Part shown: piece by piece, positions 23,901-34,257 of the stretch | How the letters are laid out: every line of letters begins with the position of its first letter | Position numbering within the stretch: the first letter of the stretch is position 1 | Source of the DNA: Convolutriloba macropyga | Taxonomy: Eukaryota | NCBI RefSeq assembly: GCF_964194025.1 | Contig: NC_134471.1 | Coordinates: forward strand, 5,704,001-5,768,000 | Direction: 5' to 3' | Length of the DNA stretch: 64,000 nt | The notes under the pieces: generated by a model | What the model was told of the DNA's origin: nothing | The model's database searches: none | Seen by the model: the letters and a program-made list of their open reading frames with translations, nothing else | Position numbers and translations under genes: made by a program

Positions 23901-26165
23901 AATGACAGAAAAATTGAGAAAGTTTAAACCATTTTTCTTTTTTTTTGCAGCTTTCGTTTTATTTAATCTTAGACAATTTTTTTAGCCTATCATTACTTGC
24001 CCACTATTTTGCGAGATTTTCATAGCTCTGATTGCAAAGCAACTTTATTCGGCTTTATGTTTCCTTTTTATTGAAAAAAAACTCATTAAAATTTTCTAGT
24101 TCTTTTTTGTACCTTTTGTTTTTTAATGCCGTTTCTAATGTTCCTTATTTTTTATGACATTTGTGGAGGTTTAGGCTTCACAATAGTTGTTCTAGTTGTT
24201 TAGTCATAATTATGGGCAGTTTTCTCCTTCGAGTCGTTTCCGGAATTCTTCCTTCTATGTTTTTTTCTAAGATCTGTTCACACATTTTCATGATTTTTGA
24301 CGTCAAATTGGAGTAGTGATTCAGAAAGCGAACAGTAACCTATTATCAAACCCTAAAGAAGTTTCCCGGGCCATTGAGACTGGAGGAGCCTAAAAATTGA
24401 CAAATTAAAAAAAATTGCTGATATTTGTGATATTAAAATGTTGAAAACCATTCCATTGCAATCAAAAATTTTGCAGTAACCCATTACAAAAAACCTATAG
24501 GAAATGGGCCTGGAAAATTCTAAATAATGACAGAATATGTTAAGAAATTTGTAAAACAAAATGCAAGTTTTCATCAAAATGTTGCTAAAAATGTTGCATC
24601 ATGATGTTAATATGATTAAAGTCGTTATATTACATTTATAAACTATGCATTAATCTATTATTAAACTCTGGAGGAGTTTCCGTTACACTTAGGGCTGAAA
24701 AAAAATCAAAATGTAACAATATTTATATTTTATATTAATTAGTATAAAATTGCGTATTAGTACCGAAAAATATAGCTCTTGAAACGATCACAAAAAGTTA
24801 TTATATCTTGCAAAGATCTTTATCAACTTTTCAGAAGCATCAATTGTAGAGTGGCTCATAAAAAATTTGAAAATGACGAAGAAACGCACAAAATTGCAAC
24901 TTTTTGGTCTCGAAAACTCCTAAAAATTACCTTTAATACTTGAATTAAGGCCTGCCCCGTCGCTTCACCGCTCTAAGAACTTCACGAACTACTAAACAGG
25001 GCTAAGGACCGCTAATGAAACTTGATGCCCGCCTAACTTTGCCTGTTTATCCCGTTTTTAAAGCTCGAAGTCAAGAAAAAAGGTGTGAAAACATCCTACA
25101 GAAATAAAAACATAGCAGGACAAGTCCTGACGTACAATTCAAGGAATTTTCATTGACTAAACAGAAAACTAGACCAAAAACGGACTATGAATGGATTGGG
25201 AAAACCATTTAGAAAAAATTCCAGTCCAAAAAATTGAAAAGACTGTAAAAATCAAAGTGAAATTGCCGCATGTGAACAAAAAAAACCACTAGCGAGAAAT
25301 CGAATATTTGTTGAAACATCGTTTTCTAACTCTACAAGCCACAAAACACAAACCATTTTTCTCTTAGAGCTAAAAAACTTCAGGCCACAAAACAACTCGT
25401 TTTTTCACTCCACTTCCTGTCACGCCGAAAAAGGAAGTGGAGTGAAAAAACGAGTGGTTTTGTGGCTTGAAGTTTTTTAGCTCTAAATTTAAAGTAGAGT
25501 GAGAAAACGGTGTTTGAACAAAAAATCGCTGCCTCGCTAGCGGTTTTTTTTTATTCACATGCGGCAGTTTCACTTTGATTTCTAAAGTTTTGTCGATTTT
25601 TTGGATCGATTTTTTTTCAAAATGGTTTTCCCAAACCATTCATAGTCCGTTTTTGGTCTAGTTTTCTGGTTATTCAAAAAAAATTCTTTGAATTGTACGC
25701 AGGACTTGTCCTGCAATGTTTTTATTTTTGCGAGATGTTTTCACACCTTTTTTCTTGACTTCGAGCTCTAAAAATGGGAAAAACGGGTAAAGTTAGGCGG
25801 GCATCAAATTTCAATAGCGGTCCTTAGCCATGTTTAGTAGTCCCGTCAAGTTCTTATAACGGTGAAGCGACTGGGCAGGCCTTAGTTCAAGTTTTAAAGG
25901 TCATTTTTAGGAGTTTTCGAGACTGAAATGTGCCAATTTTGTGCGTTTTTTCGTCATTTTTCAAATTTTTTTTGAACCACTCTACAATTGAAGTTTCTGA
26001 AAAGTTGATAAAGATCTTTTCAAGACATAATTACTTTTTGTGATCATTTTAAGAGCTATATATCTTGGTACTAATACGCAATTTTATACTAATTTTAAGA
26101 TTTTTTACATTTTGACTTTTTTCAGGCCTAAGTGTCACGAAAACTCCTCCAGAGTTTAAAAATAG
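17930..26165. repeat. Recent complex tandem duplication/triplication in protease intron 2
   Basis: A ~0.9-1 kb block occurs three times (~17930-18932, ~18933-19925, ~22620-23527). The following ~2.6 kb occurs twice (~19925-22548 and ~23527-26165). Copies differ by scattered substitutions and small indels. Confidence 0.92.
19664..22548 (+). mobile_element. Helentron-type non-autonomous element, family C, 3'-truncated copy
   Basis: Starts with the 5' hairpin taacagccgcgaagcgatagtggctatta and has the same body as the 41573 copy. It is cut by the duplication junction. A shorter 5' fragment lies at 18669-18932. Confidence 0.75.
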
Positions 26166-27462
26166 ATTAATGCATAGTTTATAAATGTAATATAACGGTT
26201 TTAATCATATTAACATAATGTTTTTTAGCAACATTTTGATGGAAACTTGCAATTTTTTTACAGATTTCATAACTTATTCTGGCATTATTTAGAATTTTCC
26301 AGCCCCAGGTGCCAAGAAACCTCTTATAGGTTTTTGTAATGGGTTACTGCAAAATTGTTGATGGCAATGGAGTTGTTTTCAACATTTTAATATCACAAAT
26401 ATCAGCATTTTTTTTTTAATTTGTCAATTTTTAGGCTCCTCCAGTCTCAATGGCCAAGGAAAATGTTTTAGGGTCTGATAATAGGTTACTGTTCAGTTTC
26501 TAGTGGCAATGAAAGAGTTTTCAATTGAAGTCACGAATTTAGCTATTTTTTGCAAGCTTTTCTGAAAACTTTTCAACAGACATTTTCCGTCACAATGGCC
26601 CCAGGAACATCTTTTAATGTGATATTAAGTTACTGCATAGTAGCTAGAGGTAATGGATTGGTTATCAATGTTTTAATAACACGGGTTTAGGGCAATTTTT
26701 TGATAGAAATTAATTTTTGCAATTTTTCTGAATTTGTATAGAGTTTTACTAGTCAATGACACTATTGAAGGCTTGAAATGGAGATACTCGATAGGTTCTG
26801 TAGGAATAGAAATGGTTCTGAGGATATTATTATCAAAAATTTTAGCAAGATTTTTTTTAAATTTGCCGTTGTTTTAAATTTTTTAGGAAATTTTCAGAGT
26901 TAAGCGATCTTTAACGATCCAATGAAGTCTTGCAAATGGTTTAAATGACAGAAATTCAGAGACAAATAAATGGTTTGAGCAATTTTTTGAGAAATTTAGA
27001 AACGTTGTTTAAATTTTGCGCTTTGGTAATTGAAGCATTTGTCGTTTTTTTTCGAGTTTATCTACCCTTAGTGGATAATAAATCTCTTTCAAGGCTTGTG
27101 CGTGAGTTGATAAGCATATTGAACGGTATTATATTTGCCCTTCAGGGTAAAAGCTTCAAGAGTTTTATCAATGATTATTTTGTTTTCTTTGGTGTTTTAG
27201 TTAATCAACCTTTTATATTGTATTTTCGGCTGGGATTGTTCAATTGATCTGCTGGAAAATCAATTTTGAAAAAGCTCTTTTAGGGCTTTTTCTTTATAAA
27301 ACGTATGTGTCAAAAAATTTACAGTCCGAATCTAACCCAAAAATAGTGCTCTATTAAAGGACTTGTGTTCGATCTGTCTATCTTATTTCTTTAGTTGTTT
27401 CAATTAGTGGAATGCCACAAGCTTTTATCGCTTCTATTTTCCGGCAATCTGCCACCTATGTC
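23265..27462 (+). mobile_element. Helentron-type family C, long copy with internal inverted repeat
   Basis: 5' hairpin at ~23266. Degenerate 3' subTIR plus stem-loop tcgcttctattttccggcaatctgccacctatgt at ~27428-27461. Confidence 0.75.
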
Positions 27463-28677
27463 TCTTATAAGAAAGTTTGCATGTTTTTTGGAACAGGGTC
27501 TGAAAACATCAAATACGTTTCTATAGACAAATGTACTTTTTTAAAAAAAAGTTTCAGTTGGACCTGCCAAAATTGAAACTGTGTAATAAGACAACAAAAA
27601 CTGCAACAAAAATGACAAACTCAAGCATTCACAAATAATTTTAACAGTGTCAATACAAAAACACAGTGCCAAAGTGCCAAAAAAATCAATAGCTGCCCCT
27701 TGACCGATCACAACATTAGAAGATATGGCCCATTAAAACACATATATAAGCTTTTGTAGCATTCCCGAGCCGATCAACAGGAGAAACAAAAAAACCATTG
27801 AATTGCCGCACGTGAAAAAGACTCTAAGGATCAAAATTTTGTTCAAACACCAGGATCTTGATCAAATTAAAATGAATTTGAAAAGTTTTGTACTACCCAT
27901 TTTACCTGACCACTCCATTTACTGTTTCGGCGTGACAAATATCTTTACTCCATTTTATACTCTTATTGTCATTTAGGGTTAAAAAAAATTAAACGCACTT
28001 TGAAAAAATACAGCAACCATTATAGTTGAAATATTTATGATTGTAGACATCCACCATGAAAGCAATAATAACCATCCCATTGTTTAGCATGTATTATGTT
28101 TACGCCATTGTTCCAAAAATTATTTAAAAAATCTAAAACGAACCAAGAATAGCACAAAAAAAACAAACTGAAATCTGTTCTAAATTGGTAAATTATCAGA
28201 AAAATCAGAGTAAATTATCCAAAAATCTTGCAAAAACATTGAACCAAAAGATTCAATAACCCTATCTCATTGCAAAAATTATTTTGTCATTAAGTACACT
28301 CAATTTATTGTTTCAAAATAAAACAAATATATACCAAAAAACTCAAAAGCCAACGCAAAAGGTGAAAATCGCATTATATTCACAAAAATTCAAATCCGTT
28401 AACTTCAAAATATTTGAAAAAGCTTTTTGATTGCAGATTCTACGCTTTACGGGTCTCTCGCTTTACGCTTTAATGATACCACCCACAGCTCTACCAGAAA
28501 CATATCAATCGGCCAAAGTTGAATTAAAAGAAAGAAAAAAAACCCGTTAGTTCCTCCCCAAATAAATAGGGTCGAACACAAAAAACTGAACTAGCGTTTC
28601 TAGATTGACATATAAACGATTAATTATACCAATTATTGTTCTCAATGACAGTATTAATTTTGTTGTTTTACCATCAG

Positions 28678-28890
28678 GTCAGCTCTGCCCTGGCGATTAG
28701 TCTCTGCACACAATCCTACAAGTCACAGCCAATAGCAGTGAGTGGTATGGGCAATACTATGGGTACTGGCGGGGGAGGAAAGTACCCTGACCAGTTGAAA
28801 GAAGTGCAAATGGAAGAAACAGCCAAAAACTGTCCAACAATCAGGCCATTCAGCCCCACGAAAAAAGTGTGCTTAGTCGACTCAAAAAAG
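28678..28890 (+). CDS. Serine protease exon 3
   Basis: Acceptor catcag|, phase 0. VSSALAISLC...VSGMGNT...YPDQLKEVQMEETAKNC...KKVCLVDSKK fits the GWG / L-x-x-V / C168-C182 region. Donor AAG|GTGACA. Confidence 0.88.
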
Positions 28891-29227
28891 GTGACAAATA
28901 TTACCCGGGTTAAGGTTTTGACCGGGTGTTGCTAAAAACCGCTAAAGAATAAAAGAACTGTTGTGAATGGATGTAAGAAATGTTTTTTAGTGTTGAATGC
29001 GGTGAATGCGGAGAAAAAAATCATTGCTCTAAATACCAAATCTTATACACCTCAATTGCAGCTAAAAGATGTGGGCTCTTTACAGCTAAAGTTTTGGTTT
29101 TTGTCATCTCTATTCGGCGCGAGTGTATGACAAATTGAGCTAAACATTTTCATCATCATAAATTGCAAAATTAATTGACAGCATTTTGTGCTGATTAATG
29201 ACTCTCAAACTAAGATTGTAGCATTTA

Positions 29228-29590
29228 TTAATTGCTCTTGAACAAAGTTCATAGCAATTATTACAAACGTGTTGGTCTTATGCAAGTTTTTTGCTTGACC
29301 GTTTTTGCGCTTTTCTTCTAGACCATTCTTTATCTTCTCACGTGACTTTTTCACGCTTTCGTTCTTCATTTTGAGTTATCGCTATTGCTCTCACTCCGAA
29401 GTAATGCTTGTTGCTAATATAAAATAGTTGCAGCAAAAGAATAAGAAGTGTCTGATGGGACAGTGGGTAGTGCATTTGGTTAGGGATCGCGAGGCGAGGT
29501 CAAGGGTTCGAATCCCTGAATGGTCGACAAACTTTCTACCAGCCTGTCGTTCGAGAGCAATTATTCCGATATTAGTCGGCTTACATTATT
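29228..29590 (+). mobile_element. Helentron-type non-autonomous element, family D, with internal tRNA-like segment
   Basis: 5' hairpin taattgctcttgaac-aaa-gttcatagcaatta. 3' subTIR gttcgagagcaatt followed by the stem-loop ccgat-att-agtcgg. Internal A-box-like tgggacagtggg and T-arm AGGG-TTCGAAT-CCCT (29503-29517). Confidence 0.7.
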
Positions 29591-30990
29591 AATAGCCGTG
29601 TCAGCAATTCCAGGCGGCTATTATTAAAATTCTATATTTTTTACAATTTAAAGAATTTGGATTGTTTTGGGCCGCTGTCTTTTTTTTCACAATTCAAAGA
29701 ATTTGAATTGTATTGGGGCGCTGTCTTTTTTTAAAGATCTGTTCGCACACTTTCATGATTTTTGAAGTCAAATTACAGTAAAGATTTTGGTCAAGCCGAA
29801 AGGAACGAAAAAACGAGTAGTTCTGCGGCGTGAATTTTTATATTCCAATTTTAAAGCAGAGTGAGAAAATGGTGCTAGACCAAAAATTCGCTTTCTCGCT
29901 GGTGGTTTCTTGGGGTCTTTCCCATCATAGCCCCCCAGCTTAGTGGGCATGTAACCTATAGCCCCCCCCCCCCAGATGAAAATTCATAACCACCTCTTTA
30001 ACACAAAATCGGAAATCGATGTAGGCGAGCCACTGAAATTAATAACCACTTCCTTAACACGAAATCAGAAATCATTGTAGGCGAGCCGCCGGATGATGAC
30101 ATGGGCTTGCCCATTATAAAATCAATTATAATGGGCAAGCCCATGTCATCGTCATTCATATCTTGCGGAGTTCCTGTTCAGAAAGCATGTTTCTCGAAAA
30201 GACCTGGACCCGTTCCATGAAATAATGACGGCGATTGGAAAATTCCAGCATTCGATACTGGAACAAAACAAAAACTTGTAACCAACAATTGTAAGCATAA
30301 ATGATGAATTTAATTGTATGCTATAACTTGATTTTTGGGGGGCTATAATTTTGTGGGGGGGGGCTGTAATGGGAAAGACCCGTTTTTTGTTCACACGCAC
30401 AAATTTGACTTTGATTTTCTCACTGTTTTTTTTTAATTTTTAACGGATTTTTTCCAATTTTTGTCGGATTTTTTCCAATTCATTCATAGTTTATTCTAGC
30501 CCTAGATTTGTGTTTGAACCAAATTTCCCTTTCTCTCTGGTGGTTTGTTTTGTTCACATGCGGAAATTTTCAATTTGATTTTCTGTTTTTTGTGTTTTTT
30601 TAAATCTGAATTTCTTCAAAATGGTTTTCTCAATTTTTGTTTCGTCTTATCCTGACTTCTCTGAATTAACTTTTTGAATGACATCAGTGACTTCTACAGC
30701 TTTGCAGTAAAAATTTGTGTTCGAGACGTCATTTCTCCTTTTAGGTCAATTGCGTGACTTACATCCCTAAAAAAATGAAACCTGAAATCAGTTAAAGAAC
30801 TTTAATTTTTATGAGCTTTTACTAGTTAAAAATCAAAAGTGTGCATCCAAGTAGTGCCCAACGTATATGCCCTAATTCTTGAGTATAGAGCACTAGAGTC
30901 TAATCAATCTGTTTATCTTATTTCTTTAGTTGTTTCAACTCATGCTAGGCCACAATCGTCTATCGCGGCTATTTTGCAGCAATCTGTTTA
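29589..30990 (+). mobile_element. Helentron-type family C copy abutting the 3' end of the family D copy
   Basis: 5' taatagccgtg...gcggctatta and 3' tcgcggctatt at ~30963 with a decayed stem-loop. Contains a nested family A MITE. Confidence 0.7.
29913..30381. mobile_element. Expanded MITE family A copy
   Basis: TIRs gggtctttccca.../...tgggaaagaccc with TSD gtttcttg / gttttttg. It interrupts the family C motif ctcgctggtggtttttgttcac and carries extra internal sequence including a 25-bp-arm palindrome. Confidence 0.8.
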
Positions 30991-32249
30991 GACCTGCGGT
31001 GCATTTTATGGAACTATTTGGGCTCTTTCCCGTTACCCCCCCCCCCACAAACACACACAGATTAATGGTCAGATAACGAATAGCCCCAATCATATTAATT
31101 ATACCATAAATGGGGCTGCAATTTCATGGTGGGCTATAATGTGAAACACTCACATTTCGTACTACCGACATCTTGTCTAAACTTTTTTCAATTGACTCTT
31201 TTGACTTTGTGTGCTCACAAACGGGATAAACAGGTCAAACCCGGAGGCCTTTAAATCGCTCTTATAACGTTGCGCCATACTAGTCTCTAAGTATGCAGTT
31301 CAAAGAAGCTGTTGCTTAGCTATCCTTCCTAGGCCTTAGCTAGCTACTGAGGGACGTAGACCAACAATGGCCGGTGGTTATCAGAACAATTTGCCCGATG
31401 CTGGTCGGATTTGTTTATAATATCGAAAATGCCAGTTTGCTCCCACTTTTGCCCCAACCAAATTACAATCAATTTTATATTATAATTGACGATGTATGAG
31501 AATCAATTGGTTGTTAAGCTAAGTATTCATGTTTAAGGCTTTAAGGGCTCTAATTTGAACCACAGTAGACAAAATTGCGTTTTTCAAGATAATTTATTTT
31601 GTGCAAGCTTGCTCTCAACTAGAGAACTTTGAGTAGAAATTGGGGCTTATTTATCCCCATAAATTAGAGCTCCAATTAGGCTTGAACTGCAATCGAACAT
31701 CTTCAAAGTTTTTCGGGTCCTGCCCATTATCAAAAAGTGACACTACAGCACCAAAAGAAAAAAGCAGCGCTTCTTTAATTAAAACAAACACGCACATACA
31801 ATAACAATGGTAAAATTGGAATCAGATGTTGTTTATAGATCACTCATATTAAATTAGCCTAAATATTTTCTCTTCTTCACAACGATAACATTACTGCAAA
31901 AATTTGCCTGTTAGGTTTATTCAATGTTAGGTAACTTTTTTATCATATTTTTAACAATTCACAACTCTAACTTTCTGTTTCTGTCATTGTAGATTTTATA
32001 GCATATCAGTTTTGTTTCGACAAAACACTACGTAATTTGGCAATGTTTCGACAAAACACTACGTAATTAGAATCATAACAATACAGCAATGAATCAAATG
32101 CTGAAAATGCTCTTTACAAATAACTGAAAATGCTCTTTACAGAACCGTAGAGTCTTTGCAGCTGCCCACGAGGCTGTTTAAAAATCGTAGCGTGCTCCAT
32201 TCTGATGGAGTCAGGCGCAGACGATTGCCTTACTGAATAAAAATGCTCG

Positions 32250-33560
32250 TCAATAGGAAAAATACACATTTTTCTTACAAGAAAATATTTTGGACGTGAT
32301 TGCTGGTATTGGTAGTCGCTTTCGTTGACTACTACCAATGGACGCTATCTGACTTCCATTTTCCTCAATTTGGAAGAGATGCTGTCTGTGGACTTTTGCG
32401 CGACGTTTTACCCAATAGGGTATCGCCGTATGCAACAAATTGTTCATCAGGAAACTGATTATTCCAGTTTCTTGTTGCTTGACAGTTAATAGTGCCGGCA
32501 AACTGTCGTTTGTCAATGGTCCTAAACTGTTATATTTTCTTATGATTGGTTTTAAAATTCTGTTTACTTCCTTCTCGCTCTCTGGCGTTCTGAACTTTTT
32601 GATCACTTCAAAGCAGAAACTGGATACAGGCTCCTCTTTTGAAATACCAAAATTAACTAAATTTTGGAGGGTTGGTAATGCTAAAAATTGATGGTCGATA
32701 GCGCTTTGGAGTTTGATATCGATTTTCAGGGCCGGCATCTACTTGCACCATTTCTCAAGAAAACGTTTGGGCCGTCGATTTGTTCCTCACATTTCAATGA
32801 TATAGTGTACGTCTAACATCCTTCAAGAACTTTACTGTTCAACTGGTTGGAATTACTGTGGTTTGATTGATTAGTAAAGAGTTAGATGAGGCTGCTAGTT
32901 TTAGCCAACGGCTGTATTCTATGTTAACTGTTTCTTTCCTGAACTGGTAAAGTTTCAAAGTTCATATGACAAAATTGAAAAGCTTTGTTTGAATTGTGGT
33001 AGATCAAAAACAACACAAGGTAACTGTTCTATGTTCATCGTCGGGAACGCTTGGTCCCATATAGAAAAAACGCTTGATCCGTGGCACCGATTCATGTCTC
33101 CGTCATTCAAGAGAGCTTTTCTCGACTCAGTTTTTGAAATTCCGGTGTATTTAGGTATAGAGACTGTCTCTCATAACATGGCTAGATTGTCTTCCAAAAA
33201 CGATTCTTGCATGGGCAGTAGAACAGACGTTGCCATTTGAAGGAATGTTTCTCTGCGGTGGGTTTCTGTGCAAACAAGCTGTTTGATAATGTCCCCTTTC
33301 TCCACAGTTCCGGTAGATTACTCGTCTATTTCCTCTGGAATTGCGTTGACCTCTGGAATTGCGTTGACCGCAAAACTACCATTGGAATGGTTGCTCTATT
33401 GCTGGTTTTAACTGGCTCCATTCTCGCTCTGTCTCGATTTGCTTTGTCCTTTTGTCCTCTTCAAAATCACTTCTTACTGCATTTGAGAGTTGCTCGTAAA
33501 ATTGTAGCGCTTCCTCTTATAATTGTGGTCTGAGAAGTAGGAAAAGATGTCGTCGGCCAG
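32250..33560 (-). mobile_element. Decayed gag(-protease)-like retroelement relic
   Basis: The minus strand reads GQRNSRGQRNSRGNRRVI-YRNCGERGHYQTAC (33315-33274), a CX2CX4HX4C knuckle whose first Cys is TAC (one change from TGC). KALLNDG and LPCVVFDL...SILSYEL follow (weak retropepsin-like pattern), then stop-broken frames leading into ORF 32250-32738. Confidence 0.5.
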
Positions 33561-34257
33561 TGGGAAGCACAGAATACCAAGGGAAATTTACTTTTAATTT
33601 GTAAAGTTTACTGCAAATTCGTAAAGCTTACTTCAGTCAAATTTTTAAAGTTTAATTCAAACTTCTAAATCTTTACTTTAATTTTTCTTTGAAAAACTTC
33701 AAAATCTTCAGATGGCAAACCACTAATTTTAATTTTTAAAAAGTACTGGTTAGGCTGAGTTAACATTAAATGGTGCTCGATGAACGACAGATCTTGCTGC
33801 ATGTACTACTGGTCCCTGCGCTGGGGCGCAGGAGGTTCTGGATATTGAATTTGTAGTACGTTTTCTGGATCCATTCGGAGGTTTGTAATTAGAATTTAAT
33901 ATAAATAAAAAAACACAGGTTTGACGATAAGTAAAGCTAAAGTTAAACTGTGTTGACGTTTTTTGAATTATTCTTAAGTCTTATTATTGTTGAAAGATTA
34001 ATGAAAACTTTTGGAAGGTTTAGGACAAAGAAATTAAAGTGAATATTTAATGGAGCTTTCTTTTTAAATCTCTGTCGCTATGTTACATCTTTACTTTTGA
34101 AGGTATATCTATCTTTTTTTTGTTTCTTTTAGTGTTTTTGTAGGGAAAAACAAAAGTGTTCAAGCAAGATTAAATGATTCTGATTGTCAACTCTCTATTA
34201 TTTCCAATTATTTTATTGTTCTAATTTTTCACCCCAGATATTATTCACACCCGGCCC

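Noticed and set aside
29450-29525. Functional tRNA gene
   Set aside because: Only the T-arm and an A-box-like motif are present, with no convincing acceptor or anticodon stems. It is embedded in a repeat, so it is reported as tRNA-derived. The same applies to 35751, 36033 and 49184.
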